64,000 bases of DNA from Anaeramoeba ignava BMAN. Lineage: Eukaryota; Protista; Anaeramoebae. Within the stretch, counting starts at the first letter, position 1. Each line of letters begins with the position of its first letter. The stretch lies in NCBI GenBank assembly GCA_028826165.1, contig JAPDFW010000113.1, positions 62,001 through 126,000 of the forward strand. Direction: 5' to 3'. This document shows positions 48,748 through 61,982 of this stretch, piece by piece. The translations under genes and the position numbers were made by a program. The notes beneath the pieces were generated by a model. It searched no databases, had not been told where the DNA came from, and saw only the letters and a list, made by a program, of their open reading frames with translations.

Positions 48748-51458
48748 ATGAAATTAATTCTTTTCTTTTCCTTTTTCTTAATTATTAATATTTTCTTAAT
48801 TCAATCAAACCAAAATCATCAACAACCAATATCAACATTAATATCAAAAATATTAACAGAAACACAAACAACAAGATATTATTCTTCTTTCGATGAAGCT
48901 TGGATTTGGAATTTATTAGATCAATTTTCAGGTTCAGGATATTTTGGAAGTTCTGTTTCAATTTATAAAGAGGTTCTTGTTATTGGATATTATGATGGAA
49001 AAACAGCATATGTTTACAGATATAATGGAACAAATTTTGAACTTGAACAAACTTTGAATGAACCTTCAGCTCCAAATTTTGGATATTCTGTTTCAGTTTA
49101 TGAAGATGTTATTGTTATTGGAGCTTATTATCCAAAAAAAGCATTTATTTACAGATATAATGGAACAATTTGGAATCTTGAACAAACTTTGAATCAATCA
49201 GCTACATATTTTGGATGTAGTGTTTCAATTTATGAGAATGTTACTGTTATTGGAGCTGATGGTGCAAATCAAGCATTTATTTACAGATATAATGGAACAA
49301 TTTGGAATCTTGAACAAACTTTTAATGAATCAGTTCAATCTTTTGGAGAAAGTGTTTCAATTTATGAGAATGTTACTGTTATTGGAGGTGATATAGCAAA
49401 TCAAGCATATGTTTACAGATATAATGGAACATTTTGGAATCTTGAACAAATTTTGAATGAATCAGTTCAATATTTTGGATGGAGTGTTTCAATTTATGAA
49501 GATGTTATTGTTATTGGAACTTACGATTCAATTCAAGTATATGTTTACAGATATAATGGAGCAAATTTTGAACTTGAACAAACTTTGAGTGTATCAACTG
49601 CAGCTTTCGGATATTCTGTTTCAATTTATGAGAATGTTATTGTTATTGGCGCTTATAAATCAAAAAAAGCATATGTTTACAGATATAATGGAACATTTTG
49701 GAATCAAGAACAAACATTGAATGAATCAGCTTTATATTTTGGTTATTCTGTTTCAAATTATGGGAATTTTACTGCTATAGGAAATAATGGTGCAAAGAAA
49801 GTATTTGTTTATGAAGCAAATTTAATTCCTCAAGTTAATATTGTTAATTGTTCTTCTTTGTTTTCATCATTTGATTGTTATTGGGATGAAATTCAAATTC
49901 CAAATTTGGTTTATCAAATCAATTATGGATATGATTGGATTGATATTGATTCTCCAATTCTTGAAGATGGGAATGTTTATTATCAACAATTTAATTCTTC
50001 AATTTATGATAATATTACAGGAAATGAATATTATTCAATTCAAATTCAAGCTTGCGATAATGAAACATCAATGAAATGTGGTGAATCTTCTTCTTTGGTT
50101 AATTTAACAACAAAAATTGATTCTGTAAAAGATTTTCAATTATCAAATCCTTCAAATTATTCAATTAATGTTACATGGAATTATCCAAATGTGCAGATCA
50201 ATGGAGGAATTGCTCATCTTAATCATTATAATCTTTCTTATTTAAATCAATCTCAACCTGATTTAATATCTTTCATTTCAGTTGATAATTCTTCACTTGA
50301 TTATTTTTGAATAATTTAGAATGTGGAAATGATTATAATATTTCAATTTGTGGATGTAGAACGCAAGAATGTGAAGGAGAAGATAAAGGAGAAATTGTTG
50401 AATCATCAATTTCATTAATATTTGGAGAAGTTACAGATTTTTCATGTTCAATTTCAAATTCAATCGATCTTAATTGTAATTGGAATCAACCAATTAATTG
50501 TTCAATTCCATTTTATTATAATTTAACTTATCAATCAATTTATCAAAATGATTCAGGAAATTATCAACCAACATTATCAAATCAACAATTTACAGTTCAA
50601 TTTCCAAATCAAGAATATCAAATCAATGTATCAGCATGCAATTCAAATGGAAAATGTGGATATATTTCAACAATTTCAATTACAACTGATAATTTAACTT
50701 CTCCAATAATTTATGAAACAATTTCCAAAATTGAAGAAATTGAATTTAATTTCACAAAATTAACAAATGCAAACAATTATTCAATTTCACTTGATAATGA
50801 AACAAATTGGGAAAAATTCACATCTCTTGATTTAAGTGGAAATGAAATAATTGGAACCATAAGTGAAATATCAGGAAATATTGAATATAATATTTCAATT
50901 CGAGGATGTGTTGATTTAAATTGTGAAACACCATATTTAGGATTACCTAGTTTAATTAATTCAACAAAAGCTAAATTAGGAAATATTACTTCATTAAATT
51001 GTAATTCATTAATTAATGGATTTGTTTGTAGTTGGGATTCATTAAATTTATCAAGTGGATTAAAAGGATATTCATTTACTTACAATTCAATTTCAATTTG
51101 TTTATCAACTTTAACAACAAATTATTCAATTTCAGGATTAAATGGAGGAGAATATTATGAAATTTCAATTTATTCATCAGCTGATTTAAATTGTTCATTT
51201 AATGAATATTCAGGAATTAATTCAACAACATCAATTACAACATTATCAACAAATGAATCTAATGATAATTCAAAAACAACAGCAATAACTTTAGGAATAA
51301 TTATTCCTATTATTGTTATTTCAGCTATTATTATTGGAATTATTTTATACAAAAAGAAAAAATCAAAATCAAATTCAAAATCAAACTCAAAATCAAAATC
51401 AAAATCAAAATCAAAAAACAAAGAAGAAAAAGAACTTCATAATGATTTGGATATTTAA
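48748..51458 (+). CDS. Type I membrane protein: signal peptide, 7-blade FG-GAP-like beta-propeller, FN3-like stalk, TM, basic tail (paralog A; 1-nt frameshift at ~50305)
   Basis: Seven ~44-aa FGxSVSIYExVxVIGA...YRYNG repeats, FN3-like W/Y patterns, and TM AITLGIIIPIIVISAIIIGIILY. ORFs 48748-50310 and 50307-51458 together align to paralog B; the T-run has 5 T here versus 6 T in B. Confidence 0.85.
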
Positions 51459-51788
51459 TTCCAATTCAATTTTAAATTCCAAATTTCCATTTCAAATTCA
51501 TTTTTCTTTTTTCTTTCTAAAAATTCAAAATAACAATAATAAAAAATTAAAAATTCAAAATTAATTTTTAATAATATTTAGTCATTTTTCTTTCTTTTTC
51601 TTTTCAATTCAAAAAAAAATTTTTGTTTTCTCACTTTTTTAATTAAAAAAAATTTAATCATTTTTTTTCTTTTTAATTTCAACAAGCAAAAGTAAGAAAA
51701 ATAAAATTTGAAATAAACAACACACAAACATAAACTTATTTTAATTATTTTAACTTTATTTTTATTTAAATAAATCCAAATAGCCAAA

Positions 51789-54488
51789 ATGAAATTAATT
51801 CTTTTCTTTTCCTTTTTCTTAATTATTAATATTTTCTTAATTCAATCAAATCAAAATCAACAACAACCAATATCAACATTAATATCAAAAATATTAACAG
51901 AAACACAAACAACAAGATATTATTCTTCTTTCGATGAAGCTTGGATTTGGAATTTATTAGATCAATTTTCAGGTTCAGGAAATTTTGGATGGAGTGTTTC
52001 AATTTATAAAGAGGTTCTTGTTATTGGAGATTATGATGGAAGAAAAGCATATGTTTACAGATATAATGGAGCAAATTTTGAACTTGAACAAACTTTGAAT
52101 GGACCAACTTCAATATTTGGATGGGATGCTTCAGTTTATGAAGATGTTATTGTTATTAGCGATTCTTATTCAAAAAGAGCATATATTTACAGATATAATG
52201 TAACAATTTGGAATCTTGAACAAACTTTGAGTGATTCAGCTTCAAATTTTGGATGTAGTGTTTCAATTTATGAGAATGTTACTGTTATTGGAGCTGATAG
52301 TGCAAATCAAGCATTTATTTACAGATATAATGGATCATTTTGGAATCTTGAACAAACATTGAGTGATTCAGCTTCATCTTTTGGATGTAGTGTTTCAATT
52401 TATGAGAATGTTACTGTTATTGGAGCTAGTGGTGCAAATCAAGCATTTATTTACAGATATAATGGAGCAATTTGGAATCTTGAACAAACATTGAGTGATT
52501 CAGCTTCATCTTTTGGAAAAAGTGTTTCAATTTATGAAGATGTTACTGTTATTGGGGCTAGTGGTGAAAATCAAGCATTTATTTACAGATATAATGGAAC
52601 ATTTTGGAATGAAGAACAAATTTTGAGTGTATCAGCTTCAGATTTTGGAGAAAGTGTTTCAATTTATGAGAATGTTATTATTATTGGCGCTTATGGTGCA
52701 AATCAAGCATTTATTTACAGATATAATGGAACATTTTGGAATCAAGAAAAAACATTGAATCAATCAGCTTCATATTTTGGTTATTCTGTTTCAAATTATG
52801 GGAATTTTACTGCTATTGGAGCTTATAATGCAAGGAGAGTATTTGTTTATGAAGTTAGTTTCATTTCTCAAGTTAATATTGTTAATTGTTCTTCTTTGTT
52901 TTCATCATTTGATTGTTATTGGGATGAAATTCAAATTCCAAATTTGGTTTATCAAATCAATTATGGATATGATTGGATTGATATTGATTCTCCAATTCTT
53001 GAAGATGGAAATGTTTATTATCAATTATTTAATTCTTCATTTTATGATAATATTACAGGAAATGAATATTATTCAATTCAAATTCAAGCTTGCGATAATG
53101 CATCAATGAAATGTGGTGAATCTTCTTCTTTGGTTAATTTAACAACAAAAATTGATTCTGTAAAAGATTTTCAATTATTCAATCCTACAAATTATTCAAT
53201 TAATGTTACATGGAATTATCCAAATGTGCAGATCAATGGAGGAATTGCTCATCTTAATCATTATAATCTTTCTTATTTAAATCAATCTCAACCTAATTTA
53301 ATATCTTTCATTTCAGTTGATAATTCTTCACTTGATTATTTTTTGAATAATTTAGAATGTGGAAATGATTATAATATTTCAATTTGTGGATGTAGAACGC
53401 AAGAATGTGAAGGAGAAGATAAAGGAGAAATTGTTGAATCATCAATTTCATTAATATTTGGAGAAGTTACAGATTTTTCATGTTCAATTTCAAATTCAAT
53501 AGATCTTAATTGTAATTGGAATCAACCAATTAATTGTTCAATTCCATTTTATTATAATTTGACTTATCAATCTATTTATCAAAATGATTCTGGAAATTAT
53601 CAACCAACATTATCAAATCAACAATTAACAGTTCAATTTCCAAATCAAGAGTATCAAATCAATGTATCAGCATGTAATTCAAATGATAAATGTGGAGATA
53701 TTTCAACAATTTCAATTACAACTGATAATTTAACTTCTCCAACAATTTATGAAACAATTTCCAAAATTGAAGAAATTGAATTTAATTTCACAAAATTAAC
53801 AAATGCAAACAATTATTCAATTTCACTTGATAATGAAACAAATTGGGAAAAATTCACATCTCTTGATTTAAGTGGAAATGAAATAATTGGAACCATAAGT
53901 GGAATATCAGGAAATATTGAATATAATATTTCAATTCGAGGATGTGTAGATTTAAATTGTGAAATACCATATTTAGGATTACCTAGTTTAATTAATTCAA
54001 CAAAAGCTAAATTAGGAAATATTACTTCATTAAATTGTAATTCATTAATTAATGGATTTGTTTGTAGTTGGAATTCATTAAATTTATCAAGTGGATTAAA
54101 AGGATATTCATTTACTTACAATTCAATTTCAATTTGTTTATCAACTTCAACAACAAATTATTCAGTTTCAGGATTAAATGGAGGAGAATATTATGAAATT
54201 TCAATTTATTCATCAGCTGATTTAAATTGTTCATTTAATGAATATTCAGGAATTAATTCAACAACATCAATTACAACATTATCAACAAATGAATCTAATG
54301 ATAATTCAAAAACAACAGCAATAACTTTAGGAATAATTATTCCTATTATTGTTATTTCAGCTATTATTATTGGAATTATTTTATACAAAAAGAAAAAATC
54401 AAAATCAAAATCAAATTCGAAATCAAAATCAAAATCAAAATCAAAAAACAAAGAAGAAAAAGAACTTCATAATGATTTGGATATTTAA
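51789..54488 (+). CDS. Type I membrane FG-GAP propeller/FN3 protein (paralog B, intact 899 aa)
   Basis: Single intact ORF with the same architecture as paralog A. Part of a ~3.04-kb tandem duplication that includes the flanks. Confidence 0.9.
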   Translation: MKLILFFSFFLIINIFLIQSNQNQQQPISTLISKILTETQTTRYYSSFDEAWIWNLLDQFSGSGNFGWSVSIYKEVLVIGDYDGRKAYVYRYNGANFELEQTLNGPTSIFGWDASVYEDVIVISDSYSKRAYIYRYNVTIWNLEQTLSDSASNFGCSVSIYENVTVIGADSANQAFIYRYNGSFWNLEQTLSDSASSFGCSVSIYENVTVIGASGANQAFIYRYNGAIWNLEQTLSDSASSFGKSVSIYEDVTVIGASGENQAFIYRYNGTFWNEEQILSVSASDFGESVSIYENVIIIGAYGANQAFIYRYNGTFWNQEKTLNQSASYFGYSVSNYGNFTAIGAYNARRVFVYEVSFISQVNIVNCSSLFSSFDCYWDEIQIPNLVYQINYGYDWIDIDSPILEDGNVYYQLFNSSFYDNITGNEYYSIQIQACDNASMKCGESSSLVNLTTKIDSVKDFQLFNPTNYSINVTWNYPNVQINGGIAHLNHYNLSYLNQSQPNLISFISVDNSSLDYFLNNLECGNDYNISICGCRTQECEGEDKGEIVESSISLIFGEVTDFSCSISNSIDLNCNWNQPINCSIPFYYNLTYQSIYQNDSGNYQPTLSNQQLTVQFPNQEYQINVSACNSNDKCGDISTISITTDNLTSPTIYETISKIEEIEFNFTKLTNANNYSISLDNETNWEKFTSLDLSGNEIIGTISGISGNIEYNISIRGCVDLNCEIPYLGLPSLINSTKAKLGNITSLNCNSLINGFVCSWNSLNLSSGLKGYSFTYNSISICLSTSTTNYSVSGLNGGEYYEISIYSSADLNCSFNEYSGINSTTSITTLSTNESNDNSKTTAITLGIIIPIIVISAIIIGIILYKKKKSKSKSNSKSKSKSKSKNKEEKELHNDLDI

Positions 54489-54617
54489 TTCCAATTCAAT
54501 TTTAAATTCCAAATTTCCATTTCAAATTCATTTTTCTTTTTTCTTTCTAAAAATTCAAAATAACAATAATAAAAAATTCAAAATTCAAAATTCAAAATTC
54601 AAAATTCAAAATTAAAT

Positions 54618-55211
54618 TTAAACATCAAATAAAAAATCTTTTATTGTTGATTTTTTTTTAGAAGGATTTGTTTGAGATTTTTGAATTATTTGAGAAATTT
54701 TTTTTTTCTTTTGAGATAATAAATTCTTTTTCCTTTTTAAAACAGCTTGATTTATTGACACTTTTTTTCTTCTTTTCATTTTAGAATTTTGTTTTTTTTG
54801 ATTTTTAAGAATTTTTTCTTGATGGAATTGGGAACTTTTTGAAGCACCAATAACAGTGAAATTATTACAAATTTTACAATGAAAAACAACTTTATTTTTT
54901 GATTTAATTTTTGATTTAATTTTTGATTTAAAATTTTGATTTTGAAAAGATTCTTCTTGAGCAATAAAATGAGCATTTTTTAGGATATTTTCTGTTAATT
55001 TCTTGTTTGGAATTAAAGATTTTGAACAATTATAACCAGGAATAAAAATTGAGTTACAAAAATTACAATAAAGTGTTTGAATTTCAAAAGGAATTTGAAT
55101 ATTTTCAATTTGAGATTTCTCTCTAAATTCTTGAATATACCATCTTGACATAGATTCATCTATTTCTATTGATTTTTTAGCAAGATCTAAAAGAAAAGAA
55201 CAATTTAACAT
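54618..55211 (-). CDS. RNase P subunit Rpp21/Rpr2 (Snm1 family)
   Basis: FLLDLA...MSRWY, YCNFCNSIFIPGYNC, VVFHCKICNN (two CxxC pairs), and a basic C-terminus. Confidence 0.8.
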   Translation of the reverse strand: MLNCSFLLDLAKKSIEIDESMSRWYIQEFREKSQIENIQIPFEIQTLYCNFCNSIFIPGYNCSKSLIPNKKLTENILKNAHFIAQEESFQNQNFKSKIKSKIKSKNKVVFHCKICNNFTVIGASKSSQFHQEKILKNQKKQNSKMKRRKKVSINQAVLKRKKNLLSQKKKKISQIIQKSQTNPSKKKSTIKDFLFDV

Positions 55212-55296
55212 TTTTTTTTTAATTGAAAAAAAATAAAAAAAATTTTTTTCATTTTTTCTTTCTTTTTTTTCCTATTTTTTTTTTATTCAAATAAAA

Positions 55297-58200
55297 ATGC
55301 AATTTTCTGAACAAATTTTTAATGAAAATGAAAAGGGTAATGAAAAGGATAATGAAAATGATAATGAAAATGAAATTAAAAATTTACTCAATTTAACACT
55401 TGGAAAGAAATTTACAAATCCAAATGAAATACAAATTGAAGCTCAAAGAAAAGTAAATTTAAAATTTAAAATTTAATAAAAAAAAATATAATTGAAAAAA
55501 TTTTTTCTTATTTTTGCTTTTTATTTGTTTTTAATTTTAAAAAGGCTTTTAATATTTGGATTCAAAAAAATCTTCCAAATAAAATAACATTTAATGATAT
55601 TTTTAATGATTTTGAAAATGGTCTTAATATTTTTTATTTATTAGAACATTTAAGTGGAAGAAAGTAAAAAAAAAATCAATTTAAAAAATCAATTTAAAAC
55701 AATTTAAAAAACAATTTAAAACAATTTAAAAATCAATTTAAAACAATTTAAAACAATTTAAAAATCAATTTAAAAACAATTCAAAACAATTTAAAACAAT
55801 TTAAAAATCAATTTAAAAACAATTTTAAAATCAATTTAAAAATCAATTTAAAAATTCAATTCAAAACAATTTAAAACAATTTAAAAAACAATTTAAAAAT
55901 TCAATTCAAAAATCAATTTAAAATCAATTTAAAAATCAATTTAAAAATTCAATTCAAAAATCAATTCAAAACAATTTAAAACAATTTTAAAATCAATTTA
56001 AAACAATTTAAAAATCAATTTAAAAAACAAATTTAAAATCAATTTAAAAAATCAATTTAAAAAACAATTTAAAAAACAATTCAAAACAATTCAAAAATCA
56101 ATTTTAAAATCAATTTAAAAACAATTTAAAAAATCAATTTAAAACAATTTAAAACAATTCAAAAAAACAATTTTAAAAATCAATTTAAAACAATTTAAAA
56201 CAATTTAAAATCAATTTAAAATCAATTTTAAAAACAATTCAAAACAATTCAAAACAATTTTAAAAAATCAATTTAAAAATTCAATTTAAAACAATTTAAA
56301 AAAATTAAATTAAAAAATTCAATTTAAAACAATTTAAAATCAATTCAAAAAAACAATTTAAAAAACAATTTAAAACAATTTAAAAACAATTTAAAACAAT
56401 TTAAAAAACAATTTAAAATCAATTTAAAACAATTTTAAAACAATTTAAAATCAATTTAAAAACAATTTAAAAATCAATTTGAAACAATTTTAAAACAATT
56501 TAAAATCAATTTAAAAACAATTTTAAAAAAATTAATTTAAAACAATTTAAAACAATTTAAAAAAATCAATTTAAAAAAATTTAGAGGGAAAATTCCTTTT
56601 AAAAAACCTCGAAATAAGGATGAAAAAATTGAAAATATTAAAGCAGGAATTGAATTTGCAAATCATATTGGAATTTCACTAAATATGATACCTGAAGATA
56701 TTTTTGAAAAAGAAATTCCTAAAATTTTGGAAATGTGTTGGCAAATCTTAATGTTTTTTCATTTACAAGAAATTCCAAAACATACTCATTATCAACCTGA
56801 TGAAATTTTATTAGCTTTTTGTCAAATTTCAACTGAAGAAGTTGAAAGCAAATTAGATATTAGAATTGACAATTTTTCTGAAAGGTATTTTTTTTAGAGA
56901 TCAATTTAAATTCAGATTCAAAATTCAAAATCAAAATTAAAATCAAAATCAAAATCAAAATTTAAAATCAAAATCAAAATCAAAATTTAAAATCAAAATC
57001 AAAATTAAAATGAAATTCAAATTCAAAATTAAAATCAAAATCAAAATCAAAATCAAAATCAAAATTTAAAATCAAAATCAAAATCAAAATTTAAAATCAA
57101 AATCAAAATCAAAATCAAAATTTAAAATCAAAATCAAAATCAAAAAATGAAATTAAAATTAATTCAAATTCAAATTAAAATTCAAATAGTTTTTATGATG
57201 GAAAAGCTTTTTGTGCAATTATTAAGCATTATAAACCAGATTTAATTGATAATGAAATTTTTCAAGATGTATAAATCAAACAAAAAAATATCCAAAAATA
57301 AATTTTTCAATTTATTCATTTAAAAAATCTTTTCATTTAATTTCCTAAAAAAAAAGGCTAAAAAAAAGAGAGTAATAAAACATGCATTTCAAGCAGCAGA
57401 ATTTATTGGAATTCCACAAACAATTGATATTGAAGATATTTTAACTGAAAATTTAGATGAAGTTGTTTTAATGATTTATATATCATCTCTTTATTTTAAA
57501 TTTGTGAATCAAGAAGTTGTAAATTATCAATATTTAATATTCAATTTAATTCAATTCAACTTAATTTAATTCAATATTCAATTCAATCCAATTTAATTCG
57601 ATATTCAATTTAATATTAAATTCAAAATTCAATATTCAATTTAATTTAATTCAATATTTAATTCAATATTCAATTCAATTCAATATTTAATTCAATTCAA
57701 TTTAATATTTAATTCAAGCAATTTAATTTAATTCAATTTAATTCAATATTTTAATATTCAATATTTAATTCAATATTTAATTCAATATTTAATATTTAAT
57801 ATTTAATTCAATTCAATATTCAATTCAAATTCAATTCAATTCAATTCAATCAATATTCAATTTAATATTTAATTTAATTCAATTTAATTTAATTCAATAT
57901 TTAATTCAATTCAATATTTAATATTTTAATTCAATTCAATTCAATATTTAATATTTAAATTTCAATTCAATATTTAATTTAATTTAATTCAATTTAATTC
58001 AATATTCAATTTAATATTCAATATTATTTAATTTAATATTTTAATTCAATTCAATATTCAATTCAATATTTAATATTCAATTTAATTTCCAATATTCAAT
58101 ATTCAATAATATTCGATTCAATTTAATTCAATATTCAATTCAATATTCAATTTAATATTCAATTCAATATTCAATTCAATTCAATTCAATTCAATTCAAT

Positions 58201-61200
58201 TCAAATTTAATTTTTTTAATTCATTCAATTTAATTCAATTCAATTCAATATTCAATTCAATATTTTAATTTAATTTATTTTAATTTTAATATTCAATTTA
58301 ATATTTTAATATTTAAATTCAAATTCAATATTTTATTCAATTCAATTTTCAATTCAATTTAATTTAATTCAATTCAATATTTCATTCAATATTTCAATTC
58401 AATTTAATTCAATATTCAATTTTTAATTTCAATTCAATTCAATTTAATTTAATTTAATTCAATATTCAATTCAATATTCGAATTTCAATATTCAATTCAA
58501 TTATTCAATTCAATTCAATTTCAATTCATTTCAATATTTAATATTTTTATTCAATATTCATTATTTAATATTCAATTTCAATTCAATATTTCAATTTAAT
58601 TCAATATTCAATTCAATTTTATTCAACCAATATTCAATTCAATATTCAATTTAATTCAATTCAATATTCAATTTAATTCAATTTAATATTTAATTCAATA
58701 TTTATTCAATATTTAATTCAATATTCAATTCAATTCATTTCAATATTCAATTCAATTCAAATTTAATTTAATTTTAATTTAATTTAATTCAATATTTTCA
58801 ATATTTAATTCAATATTCAATTTAATTCCAATATTTAATTCGATATTTAATTTAATAATTTAATTCAATTCAATATTCAAATATTCAATATTTAATTCAA
58901 TTTTAATTCAATTCAATTCAATTTAATTTTTTTAATTTAATTTAATTCAATTCAATTTAATATTTTAATTTAATATGATTAATATTCACCCAATATTCAA
59001 TTCAATAATTTATTTAATTCAATTTATTCAAATTTTCAATTCAATATTTAATATTCAAATATAATTCAATATTCAATTTAATTTTAATTCAATTCAATTT
59101 CAATATTTAATATTTTAATTATTTATTCAATATTTCAATTTAATTTTCAATATTCAATTTAATTCAATTTAATATTTCAATTTTCAATTTAATTTCAATA
59201 TTCAACCAATATTCAATTCAATTCAATATTTAATTTAATTCAATATTCAATTCAATATTCAATTCAATATTCAATTTAATTCAATTCAATTCATTCAATT
59301 CAATATTCAATTTTAATTCAATTCAATTCAATTTATTAATTCAATATTCAATTCAATATTCAATTTAAATTCAATATTTAATTCAATTCAATTTAATTCA
59401 ATTTAATATTCAATATTCAATATTCAATTCAATATTCAATTTAATATTTAATATTTAATTTAATTCAATATTCAATTCAATATTCAATTCAATATTCAAT
59501 ATTTAATTCAATATTCAATTCAATATTCAATTTAATTCAATTTAATTTAATTCAATATTCAATTCAATATTTAATTCAATTTAATTTAATTCAATTCAAT
59601 TTAATTTAATATTCAATATTTAATTTAATTTAATTCAATTCAATATTCAATATTTAATTGTAGATCCAAAAAATTGCAGAAAAACTTTCACCTACAAATA
59701 AAAGTTTACCAAACCCACGATTATTTCCATTAAAAGTTAAAAGACTCTCAAGAACAAAATCATTCAACACATCATTCGTATTAAGTTCACAAGCAAATTT
59801 AATCAATCCAAAAATACGCGATATTTCAAAACAATTAGAAAGTCAATATGAAGAAAAAATACTTGAATTAAAAAAAATGATGAATGCATATGAAAACGAG
59901 AAACAGATGCTGAAAGAGCAAATGAAATCAGAAGAGAAAATCCAGAAGAAACAAATCAACGCGGAAGAGATGAAGGAAATTAACAGCAAAAAAGCAGAAA
60001 TTAGCGAACTAAAAATTGAAAATCAGCATATTCGGCAGGAAATTCTCAAAAAACAAGAGGAAATTGATAAGGAAAACCAAGAGTATCAACGCCGTAAAAC
60101 GGAGCTTGAACAAACGCACAAGGAAAGAGAGGATGAGCTGCTTTCAATCAAACAATCACATGATAACGAATTGGAAAATATGCAAAAACAATTTGAAATA
60201 AGAAAACAAGAACTCGTTATGGAGCAACAAATGCTTGAGAACTTGGTTGCCCAGCTCGAAAAGGAACTGAACCAAGAAGAAAAACAATCGGAACAAATCA
60301 AGAAAAAGCAAATATTGAAGCAAACTTTCCAACAAAAAGAACAGCAAAAGAAAAAACTTGAACAAGAAATTCAACAGCAAAACGAACGCAATCGTGCATT
60401 TGATTCCAAGAACAAAGAAGATCAGGAGAAACTGGAACGATTGCGCCGCAACAAGGAGATACAAGAAATATCGCTGAAAAATATAAAAAAACAATATGAA
60501 GAATTAACTGTCGAAATTAATCAAATCAAAGAATCAAATCAGATAAAAATGCAGCAGTTGAACAACAAGATTGAAGACAAGGAAAACGAGCTCAGAGTTC
60601 TTGTCTTCATTTCTGGAAATCCCGAACTTGGCGGTTATGAGAAAATTCCAGAAAACCACAAACAAGAAAAATCATACTTTTTGCAAATGTCGCAAACAAT
60701 AGAAAATTTAGAGTCGCAGATCAACAAACTCGATGAGAAGAAGGTGGACAATGCAGAACTGCAGAAACAACTGGATGAGATTACGCAGAAAACAAATCAC
60801 TACCGCAAACATGAAAACGAGCAAGAGCTTAATCTTAAAAATATGAATGATCAAATTCAACAAGATTTGGATCAATTATCAAATCACAGAAAAGATCTCC
60901 AGCAAAAAATCATGCAGAAAACAAAAACAATCAAAACCGCCGAGCGCAAAATCGAGCATCTCAGACAAAGCACTTATGGCGAAGAGCTGCGCAATAGAAT
61001 GCTTAAGCAAGAAATTGAGGAAATTGAGCAACAAAAGCGCAATCTCAAAAATGAGTCTGAATTTGAGATGAAAAATTTGAACATGAAATTGGAAAAAATA
61101 GCAGAGGAAGAAAAAGCACTCCAACAGAAAAACATTGAGTATCAAAAAAGTGTTGAAGATCTTCCGAATCAATTGTCTGAATCGCTGAAGAAATTGCGAG

Positions 61201-61982
61201 GATTTGTTGAGAAGGCACAAAAAGTGGAAAATTCAAAACTTTCCAAAAAACAAAAATTACAATTTATTAAAGAAAATCAAGAAATCTTTCAGTTCTCACA
61301 AGGATATGAAAAACAGAAGCAGGAAATCAAGCAAATCACGTCTCAATACGATGATAATTCCAAGCAATTGAATATTTGTTTAGGAATGATAACACAAATC
61401 AATCAAGAAATTTCTGAACTTCAAAAACACATTTTGGAACAAAAAAAACTATTAGAAAATGAAATTGCAAGTTATAAACAGCTCAAGCGTGAATACCAGA
61501 CTTTTCTTAGCCAGAATTCAATTTTTTTTGGAGATGTTTTTGAACAAACAAAATCTCATTTACTTTCCAAATTAGATCGCAAACAGAAAAAATTACAACA
61601 GATTAAATACCAACTCAATTTGAGAAGATTTCAACGGAAATTAAAGAAAAAATATTTTTACAGGCAAAAATTAACTGATAAACTTGATGAGATCAGAAAA
61701 AGTTCTCAAATGTCTTTACAACGTTCTGAATCGTTTCAATTTGCTCTTCGCGCAAAGGAATTGACTAAATCTTTAAGAGAATTGACCCAAGAAAGAATTA
61801 GTGTTCAACAAAAACTTATTGCTCTTGAAGAAAAACGTGATTTTTTACTTCAATTAAAACCAATTTATAAACTTTTTTCTGCTCGTTCAGTTCAAATTGG
61901 TGTTCAAGCTCAAAAAGTTGAACAAGATAAATTAATTTTTCAAAGTGAAATTGATCGATTGAATAATTTTCTTTTGTTTTGA
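55297..61982 (+). CDS. Tandem calponin-homology (actin-binding) domain + long coiled-coil protein, 6 exons
   Basis: CH1 QRKAFNIWIQKNL...DFENG...LLEHLSG...IENIKAGIEF...PEDI. CH2 IDNFSESFYDGKAFCAIIKHYKPDLI...AFQAAEFIGIPQTIDIEDI...DEVVLMIYISSLY. Last exon 59663-61982 is heptad coiled coil. Confidence 0.85.
57530..59655. repeat. (AATTC)/(AATATTC) degenerate microsatellite in the last intron of the CH gene
   Basis: About 2.1 kb of 5-bp and 7-bp periodic repeats. Confidence 0.9.

Noticed and set aside
50295-50315. Programmed frameshift or secreted short isoform of the FG-GAP paralog A
   Set aside because: It differs from intact paralog B by one T in a homopolymer. Similar homopolymer frameshifts occur in MIOS and BTB-TLDc, so sequencing error is the simpler explanation.
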